DNA from: a virus
Virus record (IMG/VR): IMGVR_UViG_3300020198_000887
Span: 32,001 to 96,000 of that record
DNA length: 64,000 bases
Reading direction: 5' to 3' (one strand)
The notes beneath the pieces are model-generated. The model did no database searches and was not told the origin of the DNA. It was given only the letters and a program-made list of their open reading frames with translations. Shown here one piece after another: positions 19,479-28,448 of the stretch. How positions within the stretch are numbered: the first letter of the stretch is position 1; each line of letters starts with the position of its first letter. The translations under genes were made by a program, and so were the position numbers.

Positions 19479-20123
19479 ATGGATATGAAGAAATTTCTAC
19501 GGGCACTAGATGATGCCATAACAAAACCTGTGGAAGGATCTGATGATATTAAAAAACCTTTGTCTATAATAACAGAAGGAACTACAACGCATAAGGTTAG
19601 TTTACCTGTTCAAATGGCTATGCAACATTATGCTGCAGCTATGCCATCTACCGTTGAACAGCCTTCATTGTTAAAACGATATTTTGCCGAAGCAGAAGAA
19701 GCAGTTAATCAATCCAAAATTGAAAAACGACAATTAATAAACCAATATGCAAAAATAATTGCAGAAAGAGTTCTAATGAAAGAATCTAGTGCAACATCAG
19801 CCACAACTGCTAAAAATAAGAATGGTATGACGGCTGGAATCTCAGCAGACCCTCAAGCAATGGGTAGTAACCCCGTAGATATAATTAAAATGGATGTACC
19901 ATTATTGTTACGAGTACTCGAATATGCAAGGGAAGATGCCAAGACCGACATCGACCTGCATAATGTTGTTACAAAATTAATTGATTTTGGTAAAACAGAG
20001 GATGTCTTAACAATGACGCATTACGAAGCCATTGTTGGTGAGCAAATGTTATTACCAGACCCATCCAGTAATAAACACGTGAATATGGCGGCAACTACTC
20101 GGGTAAGAAAAGGAAATAAATAA
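19479..20123 (+). CDS. Hypothetical protein
   Basis: 214 aa; MDVPLLLRVLEYAREDAKTDIDLH module. Confidence 0.65.
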   Translation: MDMKKFLRALDDAITKPVEGSDDIKKPLSIITEGTTTHKVSLPVQMAMQHYAAAMPSTVEQPSLLKRYFAEAEEAVNQSKIEKRQLINQYAKIIAERVLMKESSATSATTAKNKNGMTAGISADPQAMGSNPVDIIKMDVPLLLRVLEYAREDAKTDIDLHNVVTKLIDFGKTEDVLTMTHYEAIVGEQMLLPDPSSNKHVNMAATTRVRKGNK

Positions 20124-21899
20124 ATGGATTTTAAAGCATTATTATACAAGTTAGATAAATTAAATGAAAACACCACATCTAATGATATTAATTTAATTAT
20201 TGCCGGGACTGAGCAGAATGAAGCAGAACGAATTAAAAAATTATCTGCGGCAGCTACCAGATTAAATGTAGCTGGACTATATGACCCCGTCACTGGAAAT
20301 TATGTCACCAAATTGGGTACTATCGAAGATAAAGGGACCAACGAACAAACTTTAGAATTAGCTAGACTTGGGTTATTACCAGCAAACGCAAATCTTGGCA
20401 CTGCTGGAGTATTTGATAATGAACAAATCCATCAACATTATGTACAAGCAATGCACGACTTATCAAAACAGTCTGCCCAACGGTCGACTACCCAACAAGC
20501 AGAAATTGATTACATCAAAGGATTAATTGACAAATATGAAAAAGAAAAGGGTTCACTTATTATAAAAGAATCTACCCTTTCATCACAACTTATTGAAAGT
20601 TTTGGGTATCAGCCAGATTTATTGCAAGAATATAGTCTAGAACAATTAAAACAAGATGCTGCCGATTTTGGTATGGGGGTGGCTTCTGGTGCAACACTTG
20701 GTCACGACGTCGATTGGTACGCATGGATTCGTTCTAAATTTGATGATATTAGTGAAGAAAAAGCACGTGAATTGGCGTTGGCTGCGAAAAATGCAGCCAA
20801 AGAACGTAGTCCATGGTTGTATGACGCAGGTATGGTGGCACCAGGAGTAGCAGTTGGTGGATTACCCGGGCTGGCATATGTAGGTGCAGATCTCATGTAT
20901 GGAAAAGAAGAATTTGCCGTCCCACCTGAAGTAAGTCGCGTGGTCAATTCGGTTAAATCACAGCCAGAAGTAAATCAACAAACTGCTGATAATGCAAAAA
21001 ACGAGGTTGCTGCAAAATTAAATGTCAATAGTGAAGATCATGCCGAAATTGTCAATCAAGTAAAACACACGGCGAAAACTCAGAACAAGTCTGATGCAGC
21101 GGTATTGGCAGATTTGCTTGGGATTGAACCAGAACAATTAAATGAAACCATCGATATTTCAACTTTAACAGAAGATGAAAAATTAAGATATTTCAAATAT
21201 AAAATCATGATATTGGAAGGTAAATTAGGAGCTGCTTCTGCATTATTCAAAAGTTTTTTAAATGGGGTTCGTGGTACAGCGCCGCAAATTTCCGGGAAAG
21301 CTAGTAAAGCTGGTAAAGATGGCAAGGGGGCAAAGACAAAAGGATCTAACGCAAACGCAGGCCAACCAACCCCCACTGCATCGGTAATAGCAAACAACGC
21401 TGGGAAAGCCATAAACATTGGCGGAAAAGTAGTAAGTGCAGTTTTGGCAGGCATTATCAATGTTGGCGGGCCAGTAACTAAATTTTTATGGAACCATAAA
21501 TATATATCACTTATTGTTGCACTTGCTGCGTGGGGATATACGTTCAATGCAGACGGCAACCTTGAATCAACAAATGGGGCAAAATTACCGATTGCATCTT
21601 CGGATACTAATAATACAGATAATAACACCGCAGCGATCCAACCTGGTGGGCAATCACAATTGAGTCAGGCTCGCCCGGTAGAACCAGAAGATACTGAACT
21701 TGCTGCGATAAATAAAAGAATAGCATCACATCAACAATGGTTTGATCAGCGCAACACATCTAATCAACCATCTGCAGATTTGGAAATGTTAAAATCTGAA
21801 ATATCGTCAAGATTAAAATTAGCAAGTTCTGATGCAGCACCGGACATCAAAAAACAACTAGATGATTTAAAAGCTCGGTGGCAAGCCGTTATTAAATAA
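20124..21899 (+). CDS. Hypothetical protein, possibly internal/ejected, with a hydrophobic segment
   Basis: 591 aa; many hydrophobic-X-E sites, Gly/Ala helices and YISLIVALAAWG. Confidence 0.6.
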   Translation: MDFKALLYKLDKLNENTTSNDINLIIAGTEQNEAERIKKLSAAATRLNVAGLYDPVTGNYVTKLGTIEDKGTNEQTLELARLGLLPANANLGTAGVFDNEQIHQHYVQAMHDLSKQSAQRSTTQQAEIDYIKGLIDKYEKEKGSLIIKESTLSSQLIESFGYQPDLLQEYSLEQLKQDAADFGMGVASGATLGHDVDWYAWIRSKFDDISEEKARELALAAKNAAKERSPWLYDAGMVAPGVAVGGLPGLAYVGADLMYGKEEFAVPPEVSRVVNSVKSQPEVNQQTADNAKNEVAAKLNVNSEDHAEIVNQVKHTAKTQNKSDAAVLADLLGIEPEQLNETIDISTLTEDEKLRYFKYKIMILEGKLGAASALFKSFLNGVRGTAPQISGKASKAGKDGKGAKTKGSNANAGQPTPTASVIANNAGKAINIGGKVVSAVLAGIINVGGPVTKFLWNHKYISLIVALAAWGYTFNADGNLESTNGAKLPIASSDTNNTDNNTAAIQPGGQSQLSQARPVEPEDTELAAINKRIASHQQWFDQRNTSNQPSADLEMLKSEISSRLKLASSDAAPDIKKQLDDLKARWQAVIK

Positions 21900-21929
21900 C
21901 AACAAACTCAATAATTACCACAAAACCAA

Positions 21930-21959
21930 AATATGGCGGGTATTAATACCCGCCATATT
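21930..21959. terminator. Perfect 30-bp palindrome, probable terminator
   Basis: AATATGGCGGGTATTAATACCCGCCATATT equals its own reverse complement; lies at the end of the late block. Confidence 0.7.
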
Positions 21960-21971
21960 CTTACAATATAA

Positions 21972-22000
21972 TTGACAATAACATATCATTATTGTATACT
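21972..22000 (+). promoter_or_regulatory. Sigma70-like promoter for the replication block
   Basis: TTGACA-17-TATACT. Confidence 0.8.
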
Positions 22001-22034
22001 ATACAAGTTTAATAACCCACAATAAGGAGATAAC

Positions 22035-22289
22035 ATGAGTCGTTCATATGGCCAAGAAGAAAAAGCTAAACTCGAAAAATTGATCAACGAAGGCGGCACA
22101 GTAATGCGCGAAATTGATGATTTGAGAGAAAGTTTAAAAGAAACTGTAAAAGCAGTCGCAGATGAATTAGACATTAAACCTGCAATCATTAATAAAGCAA
22201 TCAAAATTGCATATAAAGGTGATTGGAATAATCATAACGATGATTGGCAAGAAGTAGAAGCGATTTTAGATATTACAAAAAATATTTAA
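22035..22289 (+). CDS. Small dsDNA-binding protein (T4 DsbA/GapR-like)
   Basis: 84 aa helical protein, 'EIDDLRESLKETVKAVADELDIKPAIINKAIK'; strong RBS. Confidence 0.55.
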   Translation: MSRSYGQEEKAKLEKLINEGGTVMREIDDLRESLKETVKAVADELDIKPAIINKAIKIAYKGDWNNHNDDWQEVEAILDITKNI

Positions 22290-22380
22290 AAAATTGCAAA
22301 TTTAATGGAAAGGTAAGCAGGGCCACAATCCGCATTTTTGGTGCTTATGAGCCTGAAATCATAAAAATGGAGATTATAAT

Positions 22381-22536
22381 ATGGGAATTAACAAAGACTA
22401 CGACTTTGAAGCATGTGAAACTTGTCCACCACTTTACGAATTTGCAGCTAGGTGTTCATGTAAAATAGAAGACGTACTGGTAGATATATCAAAAGAACTC
22501 AATGAAGGTATCTCTTTATGGGAGGATTCTGAATGA
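22381..22536 (+). CDS. Small acidic Cys-containing protein (51 aa, absent from the ORF track)
   Basis: GGAG RBS; MGINKDYDFEACETCPPLYEFAARCSCK...; ATGA overlap with the polymerase start. Confidence 0.5.
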   Translation: MGINKDYDFEACETCPPLYEFAARCSCKIEDVLVDISKELNEGISLWEDSE

Positions 22537-25175
22537 GTTACGTAGATGCAATGTTTGACCGCGATTCGGACTTCATCAAAGTGGTAGAACGAATTAATGG
22601 AAAACGGGTATTCAAAGAATACCCAGTACGCCATACATTTTATTATGAAGATACCCGTGGTAAATATAAATCCATTTATGATACACCAGTCACAAAGGTA
22701 GTATGCAAAACAACCAAGGACTTCAGAAAAGAATTATCAATTAACAACAATAAAAAATTGTTTGAAGCTGATTTAAATCCAGTGTTTGTATGCCTAAGTT
22801 CCCAATATCAACATCAGGATCCCCCATCCCTAAATGTAGCGTGGCTCGACATTGAAGTGCGATTTGACCCAGAACGTGGCTATGCATCACCAGATGATGC
22901 ATTTATGCCAATTACTGCGGTCGCGGTTCATTTACAATGGCTAGATACTCTTATATGCCTTGCCGTCCCCCCACCAACATTGACAATGGATGAAGCAGTC
23001 CTGTTGGTGGAAGAATTTCCGAATACACACTTATTCAACACAGAAGCAGAATTATTAGATGCATTTTTGGATCTAATTAAAGATGCTGATGTATTAAGTG
23101 GGTGGAATAGCGAAGGGTTTGATATTCCATATCTCGTAAACCGGGTCACAAAGGCATTGAGTAAAAATGATACTCGTAGATTTTGTTTATGGAATCAATT
23201 CCCAAAACGCAGGGAATATGAAAAATATGGTAAAGAGGCCGTCACGTATGACTTAGTCGGGCGAGTTCATTTAGATAGCTTAGAATTATACAGAAAATAT
23301 ACCTATGAAGAACGGCATAGCTATCGGTTAGATGCTATTGCAGAATATGAATTGGGTGATAGAAAAACTGCATATGAAGGAACGTTAGACCAATTATATA
23401 ACAATGATTTTAAAAAATTTATTGAATATAATAGGCAAGATACCATGCTGTTAGAAAAACTTGACAAAAAATTAAAGTTTTTAGATTTAGCAAATGCAAT
23501 TGCACATGAAAATACTGTATTATTACAAACTACAATGGGCGCGGTCGCTGTTACTGAGCAAGCAATTATAAATGAAGCACATGACAGAGGATTCGTTGTA
23601 CCAAATCGTAATAGACAAGATACAAATGACGGTATGGCGGCTGGAGCATATGTTGCACACCCTAAAGAAGGGATACATGATTGGATCGGTTCCCTTGACA
23701 TTAATTCACTATACCCATCAGTTATTCGAGCATTAAATATGGGGCCAGAAACCATTGTTGGGCAACTATCACCCGCAATGTCTAACTCTTTTTTAAAAGG
23801 TCAATTAGCAAAAGGCAAATCAATTACCGCTGCGTGGGAAGGACGATTTGGTTCGTTGGAATATGATGCTGTTATGAATCGTGAGGTTGATACTTATATA
23901 ACAATCGAATGGGAAGAAGGCGGTTCGGATACAATTAGTGCAGCTAATATTTATAAATTAATTTATGAGTCAAACCAACCATGGATGCTGAGTGCTAATG
24001 GCACTATTTTTACACATGAACGGGAAGGTATCATACCAGGATTATTGAAACGATGGTATTCTGAACGTAAAGAGATGCAGAAAAAATTAAAAGAAGCCAT
24101 TACTTCAGGCGACAAAGAACAAGAAGAATACTGGGATAAACGACAACTAGTCAAAAAAATTAATTTGAATAGTTTATACGGTGCTATTCTTAATCAAGGC
24201 TGTCGGTTTTTTGATAAGCGAATTGGTCAATCAACTACACTAACTGGTAGACAAATTGCCAAACATATGGCAGCAGAAGTGAATAAAATTATTACTGGTG
24301 AATATAATCATGTTGGGAAATCTATTATATATGGTGATAGTGTAACTGGTGATTCAATGATTATATCCAACCAAGGTAGAATTACTATCGAGGAGTTATT
24401 TAATCGGTGTAATAACAACTACACATCAGGATCAAAAGAATATGGTAACAACGACGATATAACAGTAATGGGGTTTACTAATTCACCAGAAATGTGTAAT
24501 ATTCATTATGTAATGAGGCATTATACAACCAAAGATTTGTATGAAATAACATTAGAGAATGATAAACAAATTACTGTAACACAAGATCATAGTATAATGG
24601 TTATTAGAAATAATAGTATGATTGAATTAAAACCTACTGACATATCTGAATCAGATCTGTTTATATGCTTATCAAATGATATGAAAGAAGTAGAATTAGT
24701 ACAATATAAACAAATTGTCTGTAAAGGTTCAATTACTGATTATGTTTATGATATAAGCATCAATGGTGATAACCATATGTTTTTTGCGAATGAATGTTTA
24801 GTTCATAATACTGATAGTTGTTCTGCTGATACTATTATTAGAAGTAATTGGGGAGATTTGACCATTGAACAGCTATTCAATGCTGGTCAAATGTTTAGTA
24901 ATGAACAGACGGAACATGGTGTTAAGGAATACTCTTCTCATATGGACTTACAAGTGGTTTCATATGATGATTCTACTAATCAATCATATTATGGAAATGT
25001 AAATTACATCTATCGTCATAAAGTTTCAAAAGAACGCTGGGAGATAGAAGATGAACTTGGTCACAAAATAGTAGTGACTGGTGATCATTCAATAATGGTT
25101 GAGCGTAATGGTAAGTTGATAGAAATAAAACCACGGGATATTTTAGATACTGATATATTAATATGTCTTAATTGA
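22533..25175 (+). CDS. Family B DNA polymerase, N-terminal part (with a cis mini-intein and a split-intein N-fragment)
   Basis: Exo motifs DIE, GWNSEGFD, YNRQD; DINSLYPS; KINLNSLYG; YGD interrupted by an intein. Confidence 0.95.
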   Translation: MSYVDAMFDRDSDFIKVVERINGKRVFKEYPVRHTFYYEDTRGKYKSIYDTPVTKVVCKTTKDFRKELSINNNKKLFEADLNPVFVCLSSQYQHQDPPSLNVAWLDIEVRFDPERGYASPDDAFMPITAVAVHLQWLDTLICLAVPPPTLTMDEAVLLVEEFPNTHLFNTEAELLDAFLDLIKDADVLSGWNSEGFDIPYLVNRVTKALSKNDTRRFCLWNQFPKRREYEKYGKEAVTYDLVGRVHLDSLELYRKYTYEERHSYRLDAIAEYELGDRKTAYEGTLDQLYNNDFKKFIEYNRQDTMLLEKLDKKLKFLDLANAIAHENTVLLQTTMGAVAVTEQAIINEAHDRGFVVPNRNRQDTNDGMAAGAYVAHPKEGIHDWIGSLDINSLYPSVIRALNMGPETIVGQLSPAMSNSFLKGQLAKGKSITAAWEGRFGSLEYDAVMNREVDTYITIEWEEGGSDTISAANIYKLIYESNQPWMLSANGTIFTHEREGIIPGLLKRWYSERKEMQKKLKEAITSGDKEQEEYWDKRQLVKKINLNSLYGAILNQGCRFFDKRIGQSTTLTGRQIAKHMAAEVNKIITGEYNHVGKSIIYGDSVTGDSMIISNQGRITIEELFNRCNNNYTSGSKEYGNNDDITVMGFTNSPEMCNIHYVMRHYTTKDLYEITLENDKQITVTQDHSIMVIRNNSMIELKPTDISESDLFICLSNDMKEVELVQYKQIVCKGSITDYVYDISINGDNHMFFANECLVHNTDSCSADTIIRSNWGDLTIEQLFNAGQMFSNEQTEHGVKEYSSHMDLQVVSYDDSTNQSYYGNVNYIYRHKVSKERWEIEDELGHKIVVTGDHSIMVERNGKLIEIKPRDILDTDILICLN
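24339..24809 (+). mobile_element. Contiguous mini-intein, 157 aa, Ser1/Thr+1, at YGD|TD
   Basis: SVTGDS..., block B TQDHS, block F YVYDI, ends VHN; no endonuclease domain. Confidence 0.92.
24816..25172 (+). mobile_element. Split intein N-fragment, 119 aa, Ser1, at YGDTD|S
   Basis: SCSADT..., block B TGDHS; the ORF stops without block G. Confidence 0.9.
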
Positions 25176-25178
25176 TAA

Positions 25179-25328
25179 TTCGATAAGAGAAATAGTGCTA
25201 TCCGTCAAGGATTCGATGTATATGTTATTTGGGAATCTGATTGGAATAAAAATAAAAATAGTATAATAGAAAATATAAAAGATTGGTGGAATAATGGCAA
25301 TAACAAAACTAAAAATCAAATCAATTAA
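25179..25328 (+). pseudogene. Remnant C-terminus of a Vsr/DUF559-like homing endonuclease
   Basis: Start-less frame FDKRNSAIRQGFDVYVIWESDWNKNKNSIIENIKDWW between the split-intein halves. Confidence 0.65.
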
Positions 25329-25425
25329 ACATCTAGGCAATTTTGATGATGAATACGTATATGACATTGGGATGAAAAATGAAGCACATCCTTGGTTTTT
25401 TGGGAATAATATTTTAATTCATAAT
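25294..25425 (+). mobile_element. Split intein C-fragment, 44 aa, Ser+1
   Basis: Lys-rich N-terminus, block F YVYDIG, block G IHN|S. Confidence 0.92.
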
Positions 25426-26277
25426 TCCTGTTATTTCTCAGCATATTCTACGTTAAAAACTGATATTGACAATGGGACTATTCCGTGGAGTAAAGAAGAT
25501 ATATCTGCATTCTACGATGGAATAGGAAACCTGGTAAATGGTACCTTTCAACGATTTATGCTAGATGCATTTAACTGCCCTGCATCACGGGGTGAAGTTA
25601 TCAAAGCAGGGCGTGAAATCGTTGGGGTTAAGGGATTATTTATTACCAAAAAACGGTATGCAGTGTTAGTATATGATAAAGAAGGTAAACGAAAAGACAC
25701 CAATGGTAAACCTGGTGAAATCAAAGCAATGGGGTTGGATTTAAAGAGATCAGATACCCCAGAATACATGCAAACATTTTTAAGTGACGTCCTTGAAATG
25801 GTATTAGATGGGGTACCAGAATCCGAGGTATTAGATACAATTAAAAATTTTAGATCTAGTTTCAAAGCATTGGATGGGTGGGAAAAAGGATCACCTAAAC
25901 GTGCTAATAATATAACTAAATATCAAAAATTAGAAGAAAAACATGGAAAATCTAATTTACCAGGCCATGTTAGAGCCAGTATAAATTGGAATACCTTGAA
26001 AAGAATTTTTAATGACAAATATTCCATGAATATTACAGATGGTGCAAAAGTAATTGTGTGCAAATTAAAACCAAATCCATTGGGTTTCACAAGTGTAGCA
26101 TATCCAGTAGATGAATTAAGATTGCCGCAGTGGTTTAAAGATTTGCCGTTTGACCACGATGAAATGGAAGCTACCATAATTGACAAAAAGGTAGAAAACT
26201 TGATTGGTGTTCTTAACTTAGATTTACAAAGTACCAATGAAAAAACTACCTTCAGTAAATTGTTTTTCTTCAAATAA
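25294..26277 (+). CDS. Family B DNA polymerase, C-terminal part with a 44-aa C-intein
   Basis: MAITK...YVYDIG...IHN|SCYF; KKRYAV, KAMGLDLKRSDTP. Confidence 0.95.
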   Translation: MAITKLKIKSIKHLGNFDDEYVYDIGMKNEAHPWFFGNNILIHNSCYFSAYSTLKTDIDNGTIPWSKEDISAFYDGIGNLVNGTFQRFMLDAFNCPASRGEVIKAGREIVGVKGLFITKKRYAVLVYDKEGKRKDTNGKPGEIKAMGLDLKRSDTPEYMQTFLSDVLEMVLDGVPESEVLDTIKNFRSSFKALDGWEKGSPKRANNITKYQKLEEKHGKSNLPGHVRASINWNTLKRIFNDKYSMNITDGAKVIVCKLKPNPLGFTSVAYPVDELRLPQWFKDLPFDHDEMEATIIDKKVENLIGVLNLDLQSTNEKTTFSKLFFFK

Positions 26278-26281
26278 TTAA

Positions 26282-26310
26282 TTGACAATTTAAATAATTT
26301 ATAGTATACT
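26282..26310 (+). promoter_or_regulatory. Sigma70-like promoter
   Basis: TTGACA-17-TATACT. Confidence 0.75.
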
Positions 26311-26332
26311 ATATTAAAACTAAAGGATTTAC

Positions 26333-27061
26333 ATGAAAGATTTTTTACAAGATGTGATCTCGCATACACATGCAATCGGGGTTCTACCAATTATCAAAAT
26401 TACATCGTCCGAATCCCAAACAAAAATAGAATCAATTTCCGAAGATTTATCATTGATTTTTGATGCAGTTACCAATACCCCAGTTCCCAATTTGAACGGT
26501 GAATACGGGTTGGCTAATTTAAATATTTTAGATCTACACCTCAAGTGTCCCGAATACAAAAAAGATGCAAATATAACATTTACCACCATTATTAAAGATA
26601 ATGTCACAATAATAAATGGTATTCATTTTGAAAATTCTGCTGGTGATTATTCAAATGATTATAGATTTATGTCAAAAGAAATAGTTGATTTAAAAATCAA
26701 AACTGCAGGGCATAATATTTCAAAATGGGATATTACATTTGAACCTATTCAAGCAAATATCCAACGGTTCAAATACCAAGCATCCGCACATACAAATGAA
26801 ACATTCTTTAAATTTTCAACGAAGGATGGGAATTTAATGGTTAACTTCGGTGATCAAATAACACACAGTGGAAGTTTTATGTTCCACCAAAATGTATCTG
26901 GTAAATTAAAAAATAATATTTCCATTCCTATCACCGAATTTTTAAGTGTATTGAACCTAGTTGGTGATAAAACCATAAAAATCATTGATGTAGGGGCGGT
27001 TCAAGTCACCGTTGACAGTGGGTTGGCTGTTTACAATTACACATTCCCATCACATAACTGA
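26333..27061 (+). CDS. Probable sliding clamp (gp45/PCNA-like)
   Basis: 242 aa, alpha/beta pattern, directly downstream of polB in a genome with a clamp loader; no diagnostic motif. Confidence 0.6.
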   Translation: MKDFLQDVISHTHAIGVLPIIKITSSESQTKIESISEDLSLIFDAVTNTPVPNLNGEYGLANLNILDLHLKCPEYKKDANITFTTIIKDNVTIINGIHFENSAGDYSNDYRFMSKEIVDLKIKTAGHNISKWDITFEPIQANIQRFKYQASAHTNETFFKFSTKDGNLMVNFGDQITHSGSFMFHQNVSGKLKNNISIPITEFLSVLNLVGDKTIKIIDVGAVQVTVDSGLAVYNYTFPSHN

Positions 27062-27071
27062 GGATAAATAA

Positions 27072-27331
27072 ATGGGCGATGAATTTGATTTGAATAAATT
27101 GGTTGATATTTTTGATACTGCAATAAATTTTCTGATAATCCAGCGGTAAAAACGTGCTTCAATAACTGAATGATAGTAACTGCGATTGCACACACAGAAG
27201 ATAAAGAATCCATTGGTCCATTCCGTGGATTAATTAACCGGATTGCCACGGTGGAACGAGAACTGCATCTCAAAATGGAGTATTTAGAATATTCCATTAA
27301 ACAATTGGAACAGGCAAACAACAACGGATGA
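27072..27331 (+). pseudogene. Probable disrupted hypothetical gene
   Basis: GAGGA RBS plus ATG; apparent frameshift at the T-run 27128-27131 and an in-frame TGA at 27167. Confidence 0.45.
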
Positions 27332-27473
27332 CCAAACTCGACACTGGTACCCGGACAGAGAATGTGGCTAGACAGCACTCGCATAAATTCTAATGGCGGT
27401 AGTCCGTACACTGCCATTTCATAACCGCTACTCGATAGCATTTTTAATAACATTATTATACAAGGAAGATATA

Positions 27474-27716
27474 ATGGCTAAAAACTACAAAACATTCTCA
27501 TATTTTGAATCACGCCCAGACATCGTGAAACTTTTTGAAGACCTAGAAGCATTTCACGATTTTTGTAGATTCGAACTCAGAAAATTTGATCCTGCTGAGT
27601 TATATCGCAAAGATTCAAAATCATATGGTGCGTTTTTGGCAAGTAAACGCCCAAAAAAACCATATCAGGGAAATCGCCCATGGGATAAAAATAAATCAAA
27701 ATTTATTAAAAAGTAG
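27474..27716 (+). CDS. Small basic hypothetical protein
   Basis: AAGGA RBS; FEDLEAFHDFCRFE...FDPAELY. Confidence 0.7.
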   Translation: MAKNYKTFSYFESRPDIVKLFEDLEAFHDFCRFELRKFDPAELYRKDSKSYGAFLASKRPKKPYQGNRPWDKNKSKFIKK

Positions 27717-27723
27717 TTAATAC

Positions 27724-27749
27724 GGTGGTGATTTATCACCACCTGTTTA
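27724..27749 (+). terminator. Rho-independent terminator
   Basis: GGTGGTGA-TTTA-TCACCACC followed by TGTTT. Confidence 0.65.
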
Positions 27750-27765
27750 TTCAAGGAAGAACACA

Positions 27766-28164
27766 ATGAATGATACCATAACGATTACTTTACCATCGGA
27801 TGGCGCTGATACAACTGATACCATCACAATTACTTCGTCAGATCTTAATATATATGATTATTCAGTACCATCTTTTTATTCAGATACGATAATCTCAGCC
27901 GTAAACACCGTATCACCAGTGTCTTCAACAATGACCAATTACTCACCAACACCGATATTTACCACTAGCTCGTATTCGAGTATTGATACTAGCTGGTTAT
28001 TTACACCGCAACCAACTCCCTTTATATCTGGATTTCCAGAGTGGGATGATTTTACAAATATGCGCAACGAATATCCAACATTAGACAACGCATTTGAAAA
28101 TTTAAAAATTGTGTATAAATTATGCGAAAGTGATTGGGAAAGTACCAAGAGAGAATCACAATGA
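27766..28164 (+). CDS. Hypothetical Ser/Thr-rich protein
   Basis: RBS; C-terminal 'YPTL..AFENLKIVYKL'. Confidence 0.6.
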   Translation: MNDTITITLPSDGADTTDTITITSSDLNIYDYSVPSFYSDTIISAVNTVSPVSSTMTNYSPTPIFTTSSYSSIDTSWLFTPQPTPFISGFPEWDDFTNMRNEYPTLDNAFENLKIVYKLCESDWESTKRESQ

Positions 28165-28448
28165 CAATACCTGTCCCATATGTTATGAATCAAAATGTGG
28201 CTGATTCAACAAACGCTATACTTAGTAGTACACTTCCAACCACCAATACAGTACATATACACGGTGAATTGATGATGAATGGCGAAAATATTGATGACCG
28301 ATTAAAAAGAATAGAAAAAATGTTGCATATTCCATCAAGAAATATTATAATGGAAGGAAAATATGATAAGCTCAACAAGCTTTGGAAAGAATACATTGCA
28401 ACACTCGAATCACACACCACTTGGGAAAATATTAAGGAATCATCATGA
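28161..28448 (+). CDS. Hypothetical protein
   Basis: ATGA overlap; 'RLKRIEKMLHIPSRN...KY..L..L...Y'. Confidence 0.6.
   Translation: MTIPVPYVMNQNVADSTNAILSSTLPTTNTVHIHGELMMNGENIDDRLKRIEKMLHIPSRNIIMEGKYDKLNKLWKEYIATLESHTTWENIKESS

Noticed and set aside
24339-24809. Homing endonuclease inside the cis intein
   Set aside because: At 157 aa with no LAGLIDADG or HNH motif, it is a mini-intein.
24819-24821. Second PolB intein starting at Cys (CSADT)
   Set aside because: That would leave YGDTDSSCYF with an extra Ser; alignment with the first intein places residue 1 at Ser 24816.
27037-27453. 138-aa minus-strand ORF as a real gene
   Set aside because: It opposes the local transcription direction, has no motif, and overlaps a better-supported + strand pseudogene.
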